Positions 9,455 through 19,236 of a stretch of 38,978 nucleotides of DNA are shown piece by piece. The notes below the pieces were generated by a model. It made no database searches. It saw only the letters and a list, made by a program, of their open reading frames with translations, and was not told the origin of the DNA. The stretch is from contig JBKEFO010000001.1 of NCBI GenBank assembly GCA_046709585.1, positions 1 through 38,978 on the forward strand, given 5' to 3'. Within the stretch, counting starts at the first letter, position 1; each line of letters begins with the position of its first letter. A program made the translations under genes and the position numbers. The DNA comes from Marivirga sp. (GTDB lineage Bacteria > Bacteroidota > Bacteroidia > Cytophagales > Cyclobacteriaceae).

Positions 9455-11167
9455 ATGGAATTAAAAATAAAACATAGAGCCTTTTTACCCGCCGATTTTA
9501 AGGTAGAAGATTGGGCAGGTTTGAAGCCTTATTTTGAGGGTCTATTAGTGGCTGAAATTTCTTCTGAGGTAGATTTAGCCAAGTGGTTCAGAGACATGAG
9601 TGAGTTAGAAGCCGTGGTGTCCGAGGATTTAGCTTGGCGTTATATTAAGATGACCTGCGATACAATAGATGAGGCTTTATCCGAAGCATACGAGTTTTTT
9701 GTGAGAGAGATACAACCCCATATTGCACCATTCTCGGATCAATTGAATAAAAAAGCCTTAGCATCTCCTTATCTTGTTATGTTGAAAAATAAAGAGGGTT
9801 TTGATATCATGATTCGTGAGATGGAAAAGGATGTTAAAATTTATAGAGTGGAGAATATTGCATTGGAAACAGAAATCGCAAGCAAAGCGCAAAAATTCGG
9901 TGCCATTTCTGGTGCTATGGATATCCAGCATGATGGAAAAGAAATGACTCTACAGCAAGCGGCAGTAATGCTCCAGTCACCAGATCGTAAATTAAGGGCA
10001 GAGGTATACCATAAAATAAGTGATCGAAGATTGGTTGATAAGGAAAAGCTGAATGCTCTTTTTAATGAATTAATTAAAATAAGGACTGAAACAGCACAAA
10101 ATGCTGGTTTTGAAAACTTTAGAGACTATATGTTTACTGCAATGGGGCGTTTTGATTATGCTCCTGATGATTGCTTCGACTTCCATGAATCCGTAAAAAC
10201 AGAGGTGGTACCTCTATTAAATAGTATTGCAATAGACAGAAAAGAAAAATTAGGTTTAGAGGCATTGAAGCCTTGGGATAAAGCAGTTGATATTTCAGGA
10301 AAAGCTGCATTAAGACCCTTTTCTGATGCGAGAGACTTAACAAAGAGAACGGTAAGCTGCTTCAAAAGGCTAGATCCATTCTTGGGAGAGTGTCTTGAAA
10401 AGATGGAAGAAATGGGGCATCTAGATTTAGATTCAAGGAAAGGGAAATCACCAGGTGGCTATAATTATCCTTTGTCAGAGACAGGAGTGCCTTTCATCTT
10501 CATGAACGCTACTTCTACTTTGAGTGATATGGTGACTTTGCTGCATGAGGGTGGTCATGCTGTACATTCTTTTTTAATGAATGATTTAGAACTGACTGAT
10601 TTTAAGAATACTCCTTCTGAAGTAGCGGAGTTGGCTTCGATGAGTATGGAACTCATAACTATGGATCATTGGGATGTGTTCTTTGACAATGAGGAAGACT
10701 TAAAAAGAGCTAAAAGGGAACACTTAGAACAAATTATTGAAACGTTGCCATGGGTGGCTACTATAGATAAGTTTCAACATTGGCTTTACGAAAATCCCAA
10801 CCATACTGTAGAGGAAAGAACGGACGAATGGAATATCATATTTGATGACTTTTCCGATAAAATTACAGACTGGTCTGACTTAGAAGATAAAAAAGATAGT
10901 CTTTGGCAAAAACAGCTACACCTTTTTGAAGTACCATTTTATTATATTGAGTATGGAATGGCACAGCTTGGTGCCATAGCAGTTTGGAGAAATTTCAAGG
11001 AAGATAATGAGAAGGGGCTCGCTTCGTATTTATTAGCCTTGCAGTTAGGTTACACGAAATCAATCCCTGAAATCTATGAAGCCGCAAATATAAAATTTGA
11101 TTTCAGTAAAGAAAATATTAGCACCTTGATGAACTTCGTAAAAGAACAGCTCAACAAGCTAGATTAA
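9455..11167 (+). CDS. pepF: M3B family oligoendopeptidase F
   Basis: RKGKSPGGY, HEXXH (LHEGGH), EVAELAS, HLFEVPFYYIEY. Start moved from 9368 to the ATG at 9455 (A-rich context, downstream of the terminator). Confidence 0.92.
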   Translation: MELKIKHRAFLPADFKVEDWAGLKPYFEGLLVAEISSEVDLAKWFRDMSELEAVVSEDLAWRYIKMTCDTIDEALSEAYEFFVREIQPHIAPFSDQLNKKALASPYLVMLKNKEGFDIMIREMEKDVKIYRVENIALETEIASKAQKFGAISGAMDIQHDGKEMTLQQAAVMLQSPDRKLRAEVYHKISDRRLVDKEKLNALFNELIKIRTETAQNAGFENFRDYMFTAMGRFDYAPDDCFDFHESVKTEVVPLLNSIAIDRKEKLGLEALKPWDKAVDISGKAALRPFSDARDLTKRTVSCFKRLDPFLGECLEKMEEMGHLDLDSRKGKSPGGYNYPLSETGVPFIFMNATSTLSDMVTLLHEGGHAVHSFLMNDLELTDFKNTPSEVAELASMSMELITMDHWDVFFDNEEDLKRAKREHLEQIIETLPWVATIDKFQHWLYENPNHTVEERTDEWNIIFDDFSDKITDWSDLEDKKDSLWQKQLHLFEVPFYYIEYGMAQLGAIAVWRNFKEDNEKGLASYLLALQLGYTKSIPEIYEAANIKFDFSKENISTLMNFVKEQLNKLD

Positions 11168-11311
11168 TTAATATTTAGGAGGGTATTATTTCAGTATTCT
11201 TTTACCCTGAATAGTAGGATATTTTTTTTATTGAGTAGTAAAAAAAAGTTTAAATGTACTTTTTCAGTAACAATTAGTTATTAAATTTATTCAAAAAAAA
11301 GGTAAAAAAAT

Positions 11312-11854
11312 ATGAATAATTCGACAGAGGGGGTAACGTTATCATCAGCATTTATTAAAGACATACTAGATCTTTATGAAGGGAGAGATTCTTTGCAAAA
11401 TGAACTGAAAGCTATGGCTGAAGGTATTGATACTTCCAACGTTATGAAATTCGCACCGATGGAGACATATAACAAGATGTGCAATTGGATCGAAGAACAA
11501 ATAGGTCAGGTAAATACCAAACGATTAGGTCGGAAGATCGGAAATACTGCTTATCATGGGATGATGGCAAATGGCTTTATAGAAAATGGTGCTATGCCAT
11601 CAGAAATGATGGAAGGACTAGCTAAAGTTGCATCTGCCATGATTAAAGATCCTCAAAAAAGGGGCTGGGAAATACTAGAAAATTCTTCGAAATATATAAT
11701 CATGAGAAGGACCCAAACATTCAATAGCACGCTTCAATTTGGCTTATTAGACGAACTGGTAAGGAAAACAAAAGTTGTTTCCCCCAAAGTTGATTATGTG
11801 AAAAGCGTTGCAAACGGAGATGAATTTGATGATTATAAAGTATCATGGTTTTAG
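11312..11854 (+). CDS. Hypothetical protein, possible V4R/HNOB-like ligand-binding fold
   Basis: 180-aa monocistronic ORF with an A-rich start context; pattern 'LGRKIG..GWEI....GLL....V..GDEFDDYKVSW' recalls V4R/H-NOX-like domains (inference). Confidence 0.7.
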   Translation: MNNSTEGVTLSSAFIKDILDLYEGRDSLQNELKAMAEGIDTSNVMKFAPMETYNKMCNWIEEQIGQVNTKRLGRKIGNTAYHGMMANGFIENGAMPSEMMEGLAKVASAMIKDPQKRGWEILENSSKYIIMRRTQTFNSTLQFGLLDELVRKTKVVSPKVDYVKSVANGDEFDDYKVSWF

Positions 11855-11864
11855 TCATAAACCT

Positions 11865-11907
11865 ATAAATGCCCTTTCTAATTTCTTTAAATAGAAAGGG
11901 CATTTAT
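11865..11907. terminator. Bidirectional terminator hairpin
   Basis: 16-bp perfect inverted repeat ATAAATGCCCTTTCTA / TAGAAAGGGCATTTAT between convergent genes. Confidence 0.85.
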
Positions 11908-11908
11908 T

Positions 11909-13999
11909 TTAATAAGCTAGTAGTGTCCCTATTTCATCAGCAACCTTTTCGGCATTTGGTAACATGGCATGCTCCCAAATTACATTAAGACCTATTGCAG
12001 GGAGGTTTAAGGCACCATATGCTCGAACGGGTGCATCTAAATACTCAAAGCAGTGTTGATTCAGTCTGCCAGCCAGTGATTCTGCGAAAGAGTTCATTAA
12101 AGGCTCTTCGGTTAACACCAAAGCACGGCCGTGTTTCTTTACAGATTCAGATACAGTTTCCCAATCTAAAGGATTCAATGTTCTTAAATCGATAATCTCT
12201 ACTCGACCATCATACTTCTTACTTGCCTCTGTTGCCCAATACACGCCCATGCCGTACGTAATAATAGTCATCGATAATGAGTCGCTGATCATCGCGATGC
12301 TCGCTTCTTGAGCTATTCTAGCCTTTCCTAGAGGTATTACATAATCTGCAGCTGGTTCAAAGGTTTTGGCTTCATCTGTTCCAGGTACTTTTGACCAATA
12401 TAAGCCCTTATGCTCTAAACATATTACAGGGTTGGGATCTAGAAAAGCAGCTTTTAATAAACCTTTCATGTCGGCTGCATTGGAAGGGTAGACAACTTTT
12501 ATGCCTCTAATAGTTAGCAAGGTGGACTCGATACTTCCTGAGTGGTATGGACCACCGCCACCGTAGGCGCCGATAGGGATTCTAATCAAAGCCTGAATAG
12601 GGAATTGTCCATTAGATAAATAACAAGATTTAGATAATTCTTCTACGAGCTGATTCATTCCTGGCCAGATGTAATCGGCAAATTGTATTTCAACAATGGG
12701 TTTAACCCCAACAGCCGACATACCAGCTGTACTACCAACAATATAGGCCTCTTGGATAGGCGTGTTAAACACACGTTCATCCCCGTATTTCTTTGCCAGG
12801 TTAGCGGCTTCTCTAAATACACCACCCAAGGCTCCTCCCACATCCTGTCCATAGAAAAGTGCTTCAGGGTAGTTTTTTAATATATCATCTACAGCATGTA
12901 AGGCGGCGTCTACCATAACAACTTTTTCAGCATTTGCAGGATGCCTTTCTCCTGACTCCTCTGTTATTGTAGTGGGTGCAAACTCATGTAGCATCACATC
13001 TGCAGCGTCGGGATCTTCGGCAGCTACAGCTCTTTCAAAGGCAGTATTAGCAGCTTTTATAGCGCTCTGTTCAATAGTGGTCAATGCTGTTTCTTCAAAA
13101 CCATTTTCAAGTAAATAGTTTAATAATCTAGGTATGGGGTCTCCTACTGCATGTATTTCTAAATCATCCTCTGTACGGTACCACTCTTTTCGAACGCCAG
13201 AAGTATGATGGCCCAGTAAAGGGCAATTGGCATGCACCAAAACAGGACCTTTACGGCTTCTTACATGCGCAATGGCGTCACTCATTTTTTCGTAGGAGTC
13301 GTTAAAATCTGATCCATTTGCTTGAATGCGTTTCAAACCTTTAAAGCCTGCAGCAAATTCATAAGCATCCATTGCACGCATTTCTGGCCCAGTGGCAGAA
13401 ATACCCCAGTCATTATCTTGCACGAGATAAATGATAGGCAGATTCTTTAAAACTGCCATTTGAAGCGCTTCCGAAACCTCACCTTCTGTAACAGACCCAT
13501 CACCTAAAGAACATATGACCACTGGTTTTTCAATACTAGACTCTTCTAAGCCCTGACTTTCCATGTACTTTAACGCATGAGCCATCCCCGTTGCAGGAAT
13601 AGCTTGCATGCCCGTGGCAGAACTTTGATGTGGTATGGTAGGGAATCCCTTCCTTTTTAGCGAAGGGTGGTTATAATATGTTCTACCTCCAGAAAATGGG
13701 TCGCCCTTCTTTGCCATTAGCTGTAACATTAGCTCATAAGGTTCCATTCCTATACCTAATAGGAAAGATTCATCGCGGTAATAAGGTGCTGCGAAATCGA
13801 TTGCAGTTAGCTGCATAGAGGCAGCTAACTGAATAGCTTCATGGCCTCTAGAGGTACTGTGGACGTACTTAGCTGCCACAGGTTTGTTTTCATCATAGAT
13901 TTCAGCCATGCGCTTTGCAGTATGCATTAGCTCATAGGCTCTTAATAATACATCTTCCTTGATTTTTAACTTACTCTTTTGGCTCGTTTTTGTCGTCAT
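11909..13999 (-). CDS. 2-oxoacid (probably branched-chain) dehydrogenase E1, fused alpha+beta subunits
   Basis: TPP motif GDGSVTEG...DN, beta-subunit motifs GQDVG..GGVFR, FNTPIQE, EIQFADY, IDLRTLNPLD. Confidence 0.92.
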   Translation of the reverse strand: MTTKTSQKSKLKIKEDVLLRAYELMHTAKRMAEIYDENKPVAAKYVHSTSRGHEAIQLAASMQLTAIDFAAPYYRDESFLLGIGMEPYELMLQLMAKKGDPFSGGRTYYNHPSLKRKGFPTIPHQSSATGMQAIPATGMAHALKYMESQGLEESSIEKPVVICSLGDGSVTEGEVSEALQMAVLKNLPIIYLVQDNDWGISATGPEMRAMDAYEFAAGFKGLKRIQANGSDFNDSYEKMSDAIAHVRSRKGPVLVHANCPLLGHHTSGVRKEWYRTEDDLEIHAVGDPIPRLLNYLLENGFEETALTTIEQSAIKAANTAFERAVAAEDPDAADVMLHEFAPTTITEESGERHPANAEKVVMVDAALHAVDDILKNYPEALFYGQDVGGALGGVFREAANLAKKYGDERVFNTPIQEAYIVGSTAGMSAVGVKPIVEIQFADYIWPGMNQLVEELSKSCYLSNGQFPIQALIRIPIGAYGGGGPYHSGSIESTLLTIRGIKVVYPSNAADMKGLLKAAFLDPNPVICLEHKGLYWSKVPGTDEAKTFEPAADYVIPLGKARIAQEASIAMISDSLSMTIITYGMGVYWATEASKKYDGRVEIIDLRTLNPLDWETVSESVKKHGRALVLTEEPLMNSFAESLAGRLNQHCFEYLDAPVRAYGALNLPAIGLNVIWEHAMLPNAEKVADEIGTLLAY

Positions 14000-14042
14000 C
14001 CTCTAATATTTTCTACGATATTTTATACCTTCGTTCTTCAGT

Positions 14043-14060
14043 CAAAAATAGTTAATTTTG
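14043..14060. promoter_or_regulatory. Back-to-back Bacteroidota -7 promoter elements for the E1 gene (-) and hemF (+)
   Basis: CAAAAATA at 14043-14050 (TATTTTTG on the minus strand) and TAATTTTG at 14053-14060, both matching TAnnTTTG. Confidence 0.6.
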
Positions 14061-14116
14061 ATTGAAGGCTAAGGGAATAGTAGACAAATTTGATTAACGG
14101 AGTATAGCTTACATAC

Positions 14117-15037
14117 ATGAATATAAATAAGGAGGAGATAAGTCGGTGGTTTTTAGAGCTGCAAAACAGCATATGTGATCTTGTAGCTAAAGAAGATGGT
14201 AAAGGAAGCTTTCAGGTAGATGAATGGCAACATACTGCTGGAGGAGGAGGGCGATCACGCGTGCTCTTGAATGGAAATGTGTTAGAAAAAGGGGGTGTAA
14301 ATTTTAGCGCTGTAGAAGGCGAGGCGCCGGAGGCACTTTTGAAAACATTGGAGATTGATACTGCTGAAGAGAGTAGTGCATTAAAATTTTATGCCACGGG
14401 CGTTTCTATCGTAATGCACCCTAATAATCCTTTGGTACCGATAATTCATATGAATGTGCGCTATTTTGAATTAAGCAATGGACTCTATTGGTTCGGTGGA
14501 GGCATAGACCTTACCCCACATATTGTTGACAAGGAACAAGCGACATGGTTCCATAGTCAGTTGAAGTCTGCTTGTGATCATCACGATTCAGCTTACTATC
14601 CAAAGTTTAAGCAATGGGCTGATGACTATTTTTATTTACCTCATAGAAATGAGACACGTGGGGTTGGAGGAATATTTTTTGACCGGCTCAAAGCTGATGA
14701 TCGAAAAAGTAAATTAGGGGTCTTTGAGTTTGTGAAATCCGTAGGGAATAGCTTTGCGCCTATCTACACCCACTTAATGAACATAAATAAAGGAAAAGAG
14801 TATACTGCAGATGAAAAAGCTTGGCAGATGCTACGCAGAGGAAGGTATGTTGAGTTTAACTTAGTTTGGGATAGGGGAACAAAGTTTGGCCTGCAAACAG
14901 GCGGGAGAACAGAATCAATATTAATGAGTATGCCGCCAGCCGCTCAGTGGGAATATGATTATAAACAAACAAAAGATTTTGAAAAAGAAACTACCGAACT
15001 GTTAAAGAAAGGAGTTGATTGGTTAGCAATCAACTGA
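14117..15037 (+). CDS. hemF: Oxygen-dependent coproporphyrinogen III oxidase
   Basis: EKGGVNFS, HMNVRYF, WFGGGIDLTP, RRGRYVEFNLVWDRGTKFGL. Confidence 0.97.
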   Translation: MNINKEEISRWFLELQNSICDLVAKEDGKGSFQVDEWQHTAGGGGRSRVLLNGNVLEKGGVNFSAVEGEAPEALLKTLEIDTAEESSALKFYATGVSIVMHPNNPLVPIIHMNVRYFELSNGLYWFGGGIDLTPHIVDKEQATWFHSQLKSACDHHDSAYYPKFKQWADDYFYLPHRNETRGVGGIFFDRLKADDRKSKLGVFEFVKSVGNSFAPIYTHLMNINKGKEYTADEKAWQMLRRGRYVEFNLVWDRGTKFGLQTGGRTESILMSMPPAAQWEYDYKQTKDFEKETTELLKKGVDWLAIN

Positions 15038-15075
15038 AAATCAATATTTTAAATACTGTAGTAATAGTTAAATAG

Positions 15076-15651
15076 ATGATAGAGCAATTTAATATCTGGG
15101 ATCAACAATTATTTTTATGGCTTAATGGCTTTCATGCTGATTGGTTAGATCCAATGATGTTATTCATCACAGCAAAAAACACCTGGATTCCACTGTATTT
15201 GCTAATCGTAGTTATTTTTATAAGAAAACTGGGCTGGCGCAGCATCTATCTACTAGCGGCTTGCGGTTTATTAATATTGTTAGCAGATCAGTCTGCTTCT
15301 GGTCTTTTTAAACCTTTCTTCGAAAGGTTAAGGCCTTGTCATAACCCTCAAATACAGGACGTGGTACATACCATAAAGCATTGTGGTGGGCAATATGGCT
15401 TTGCTAGCTCGCATGCCTCAAATACTTTCGCCCTTGCTACCTTTCTATTTCTTCTCTATAGAAATAAATGGAGCAAATTAATGTTGGGGTGGGCAGTAGT
15501 AGTTTCGTACTCTAGAATATATGCAGGAGTACATTATCCTGCAGATATTCTAGTTGGCGCTATTTTGGGAGCGCTCTCTGCTATTATTGTTTACTTTCTT
15601 TATAGGAAGTACTTTTCTAATGACCTACAGAAAATTCATAGTTTTATATAG
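15076..15651 (+). CDS. PAP2 family phosphatase
   Basis: K...RLRP, F.SSHA, SRIYAGVHYPAD motifs; TM helices. Confidence 0.93.
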   Translation: MIEQFNIWDQQLFLWLNGFHADWLDPMMLFITAKNTWIPLYLLIVVIFIRKLGWRSIYLLAACGLLILLADQSASGLFKPFFERLRPCHNPQIQDVVHTIKHCGGQYGFASSHASNTFALATFLFLLYRNKWSKLMLGWAVVVSYSRIYAGVHYPADILVGAILGALSAIIVYFLYRKYFSNDLQKIHSFI

Positions 15652-16323
15652 CTTTTCTTTATACGAGGCACCTATCGGAATAGATTTTACTTTAATATGA
15701 ATGCTTAAATCCTCTATGAAGTCAATCTTCTCCAGGTTAACTATAAATGACCTATGGACCCTTACGAATCTGCCTTCGGGTAATTTTTTCTCAACACCTT
15801 TCATGGTATGGTGCACAATATATTTTTTGGCTTCTGTATTGATTACCACATAATCTGCCAAAGCTTCTATAAATAAAATATCAGCTAATTTCAGATGAAT
15901 AATCTTTCCATCACTTTTGATGAAGATGTGTTCTACTTTATCTTTCTTATTTCTGAAGGTTTCAATGTTTACCCTCGCTTTGTTTATGGCCTGGCTAAAT
16001 CTATCGTATTCAAAAGGTTTTATCAGGTAATCCGTAACTCTTTGGTCGAAAGCATCCACTGCGTAGCTATCATTAGCTGTAACTAGAATTACTTCATAGC
16101 CATTATTTAATCTTTGGACTAATTCAATACCAGTCATTTCTGGCATTTGAACGTCAAGAAAAATAATATCTATGTCGTTTTCTTCTAGTAGCTCAATGGC
16201 TTTAGTAGCACTGTCCGCCTCTACGATAAGCTTTAGCCCATTAGTTTCTACAATTTGCTTGCTAATATATTGTCTGAATATAGGGTCATCATCGACCACC
16301 ATACAATTTATCTCTGCCGCCAT
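15625..16323 (-). CDS. LytTR family two-component response regulator
   Basis: REC domain (VDDD, FLDVQMP, DYLIKP) plus LytTR domain (FVRVHRSFIVNL). Confidence 0.95.
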   Translation of the reverse strand: MAAEINCMVVDDDPIFRQYISKQIVETNGLKLIVEADSATKAIELLEENDIDIIFLDVQMPEMTGIELVQRLNNGYEVILVTANDSYAVDAFDQRVTDYLIKPFEYDRFSQAINKARVNIETFRNKKDKVEHIFIKSDGKIIHLKLADILFIEALADYVVINTEAKKYIVHHTMKGVEKKLPEGRFVRVHRSFIVNLEKIDFIEDLSIHIKVKSIPIGASYKEKLYKTMNFL

Positions 16324-16330
16324 GCTGCTA

Positions 16331-16921
16331 TTATTTATTGTTTAAATTGACCAGTTTATATACATATTTCCCAATTATATCGAATTCTATGTTTACTTCA
16401 TCGTTTTTTTTAATTTTTCTGAAGGTTGTATGTTCATAAGTGTAAGGAATGATAGCCACGCTAAATAGTTTATCTGTAATGTCGAAGCAAGTTAAACTAA
16501 CCCCATTGATACAAACGGAACCTTTTTCTACCAATACATTTTCCTTACTATCGTATGAAAAAGTAAATACCCAGCTACCATTTTCTTCTTTTTCGTTAAA
16601 GCAAGTAGCTTTTGAATCAACATGACCTTGAACGATATGTCCATCAAGACGCCCATTCATTTGCATACAGCGCTCTAAATTCACTGGATCTCCAATAGCT
16701 AAGTTCCCGAGGGTAGACTTTTTAAGTGTTTCGTCAATTGCTACCACCTTGTGGGTACCTCCTTCCACAGCAGTGACCGTAAGACATACACCATTGTGGG
16801 AGATGCTTTGGTCTATTTTTAATTCCTGCGAAAGCGTACTCTCGACAGTGATTATCAAGTTACTCTTTTCTTTTTGTAAGTCTCTTATTTCTCCTAAAGT
16901 TTCTATAATGCCTGTAAACAT
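16331..16921 (-). CDS. ribE: Riboflavin synthase (alpha chain)
   Basis: MFTGIIE N-terminus, NGVCLTV, GHIVQGHVD, NIEFDIIGKY. Confidence 0.97.
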   Translation of the reverse strand: MFTGIIETLGEIRDLQKEKSNLIITVESTLSQELKIDQSISHNGVCLTVTAVEGGTHKVVAIDETLKKSTLGNLAIGDPVNLERCMQMNGRLDGHIVQGHVDSKATCFNEKEENGSWVFTFSYDSKENVLVEKGSVCINGVSLTCFDITDKLFSVAIIPYTYEHTTFRKIKKNDEVNIEFDIIGKYVYKLVNLNNK

Positions 16922-17236
16922 ATTGTAATATTACATAATTGTGTGTATTATATCCAACAATAAAAACATGAAAGTGTTAAATATACTGCTGGTGTTTGTT
17001 TCTCTTTAGAAGAGCTTTACAAAGGTGAAGAATACCTTTTTCGAATAATGAGAGGGCCAATATTAGCCCACGCAATAGTATACAATAAATGCATTTGGCG
17101 CTGTAGTTCAGATAAAAACGGTCTAAAAAGTCATATAGCTTTCCAAGCTGCGCTAAACCTCACGGCTTAACTTCTTTGTGTAAGATGGCTAAAGTCCTCC
17201 ATTGAAAAGCTACAATGTATCTGAGGTTGTCATTGT

Positions 17237-17782
17237 TTACCTATACAGCGCTTCATTGAAAAATGGGATTAATGCTAGAATAACTGCATCTGTATAATAG
17301 CCTGTTCTGTCTATTAAATTCGCCGTAAGCAAGCCCACTGCCCCGTTTTGTTGTTTTGAATTATGCTTATCAAATACAATGTCATTCGCTTCTCCAAGCT
17401 CTATTCCCATGTGTACGAGGTCAGCTACCTGCTTAGGTAAGAAAAAACTTGCGGTTTTTGCTACGCCAACTGTCTTTTCACTAAGTATATAGACCCAAGC
17501 AAAGGACTCCATGCCAGTGTCTGAATCCTGTATTCCTCCTTCTATTCCTACCCAATAGCTTGCATCCCCTGTGTTTTTTCTAGCATTTTCTGCTCTATTG
17601 AGGGCACCTTTCTTTGTCTCGTTTTGGGTCATCGGTTGGTCGCTTACATTTGAAGCTACCGCTACTCCGCTAATAGTAAATTTTTCGTCAGGAAAGACTT
17701 TTTCAAAGCCTGCTTTAACGGCATTTATTTTCACAGGATTATTGGACGCTACTATGACATGTACGGAATTCTTCATTTGCAT
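17237..17782 (-). CDS. yjjX: Inosine/xanthosine triphosphatase
   Basis: VASNNPVKI.AV, VSDQPM, GALNRA, VGIEGG, GAVGLLT. Confidence 0.93.
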   Translation of the reverse strand: MQMKNSVHVIVASNNPVKINAVKAGFEKVFPDEKFTISGVAVASNVSDQPMTQNETKKGALNRAENARKNTGDASYWVGIEGGIQDSDTGMESFAWVYILSEKTVGVAKTASFFLPKQVADLVHMGIELGEANDIVFDKHNSKQQNGAVGLLTANLIDRTGYYTDAVILALIPFFNEALYR

Positions 17783-17794
17783 TGTTTTTTCTTG

Positions 17795-18700
17795 CTAGCG
17801 CATTTTACTGCGCTTAATCAAAAATGCTCCCATCACTTTTTCAATGTCATCATTGACGTCAACTTTCGTTAAGTCAATCTTATATTGCTGACATCGTAAG
17901 CTAACCTCTTGAAAGTATTTTTCAGACTGCCGCTGATAATATTCTTTTACCTCATAAGGGTTAAGCTTGATTTTTTCTCCTGATTCTAAGTCTTCGATCA
18001 AGTAGGGTCGATCTTCTAAATTGAATGATAATTCTGTTTCCTGGTGGTTTATTTGAAAGAAAAGTACTTCATGCTTTTTATGCTTGAGATGCTGAATAGA
18101 CTGAAAAAAAGTATCTAAACTTTCGTTTGATGCAATTAAGTCACTAAACACAATGACCAAGGATCTCTTATGAATTTTCTCTGCTATTAAATGAATGTTA
18201 TCACTTAATTGCGTTTGCTTTAATGATTGTGTCTGTGCGTAAATGGTCTGCAGATGATTAAATAAATTGATTAAGTGTGCTTTTGTTGATTTCACTTCCG
18301 TGAAAAGATCAATTTTATCTGAAAAACTTATTAGCCCCACTGCATCGCGCTGTTTCTGTAATAACTGAGCTATGCAGGCCGCAGCTATCACACTAAATTT
18401 GATTTTAGCTTTGCTTTCTGTAGGATAATACATTGACGAGCTATTGTCTATAAGAAGATAAGCCCTAAGGTTTGTCTCCTCATCATATTGTTTGGTGTAT
18501 AATCTATCTGTTCGGGCATAAACCTTCCAATCAATATGCTTTGTACTCTCTCCTATATTATATAAGCGGTGTTCAGCAAACTCAACTGAGAACCCATGAA
18601 ATGGCGATTTATGTAGTCCCGTAATAAAGCCCTCCACTAATTTTTTTGCTAATAGACTTAGTTCTGGCAATTGAGGTAATTGATCAAAGCTGATTTTCAT
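17795..18700 (-). CDS. DUF58 (vWA-like) domain protein
   Basis: GLHKSPFHGFSVEFAEHR.Y..G....IDWK, DAVGL. Confidence 0.93.
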   Translation of the reverse strand: MKISFDQLPQLPELSLLAKKLVEGFITGLHKSPFHGFSVEFAEHRLYNIGESTKHIDWKVYARTDRLYTKQYDEETNLRAYLLIDNSSSMYYPTESKAKIKFSVIAAACIAQLLQKQRDAVGLISFSDKIDLFTEVKSTKAHLINLFNHLQTIYAQTQSLKQTQLSDNIHLIAEKIHKRSLVIVFSDLIASNESLDTFFQSIQHLKHKKHEVLFFQINHQETELSFNLEDRPYLIEDLESGEKIKLNPYEVKEYYQRQSEKYFQEVSLRCQQYKIDLTKVDVNDDIEKVMGAFLIKRSKMR

Positions 18701-18843
18701 TGCTACCCGGCTTTTAATTTTGTTTATGTTGTTGCAAATTACATAACTCTATTTGCATTTGTGAATTTGATTATACTATATTTAAAATTAAAATTATTTT
18801 ATGCAGAGCAACAAATTAATGTAGTTGCACCAGACTAAGTCAT

Positions 18844-19167
18844 ATGGAAAGAGAACAAGAAGAAATTTTTTCAAAGAGAATTAGGGCAGGAAAGCGAACC
18901 TATTTTTTTGATGTAAAAACGACCAGAGCTAATGATTACTACTTAACAATCACTGAAAGTAAAAGGAAGTACAAGGAAGATGGTTTCAGTTATGAAAAGC
19001 ACAAAATATTTTTGTACAAAGAGGATTTTAATAAGTTCGTTGGCGCATTATCAGAAACTGTCGGCCATATTAAGACAGAACTTATGCCGGAATTTGATTT
19101 TTCTCAATTTGATAGAGAGAATTCTGAAGGGGAGGAGTCTGAGAATAATTCTTTGTCTTGGGACTAA
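18844..19167 (+). CDS. PUR-family (DUF3276) nucleic-acid-binding protein
   Basis: IFSK.IRAGKRTYFFDVK...DYYLTITESK...KHKIFLYKEDF.KF signature. Confidence 0.92.
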   Translation: MEREQEEIFSKRIRAGKRTYFFDVKTTRANDYYLTITESKRKYKEDGFSYEKHKIFLYKEDFNKFVGALSETVGHIKTELMPEFDFSQFDRENSEGEESENNSLSWD

Positions 19168-19176
19168 TCAAAAAGT

Positions 19177-19209
19177 AAAAAAAAGTCCTACGTGAAGGAC
19201 TTTTTTTTT
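19177..19209 (+). terminator. Intrinsic terminator after the PUR gene
   Basis: A8-GTCCT-ACGTGA-AGGAC-T9. Confidence 0.85.
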
Positions 19210-19236
19210 AAGGACTTTAAGTACTAACTTAGTACA

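Noticed and set aside
16922-17236. FMN riboswitch upstream of ribE
   Set aside because: No AGGGC.GGGTGAAATTCCC or AGTCCGGATG-type RFN motifs on the minus strand.
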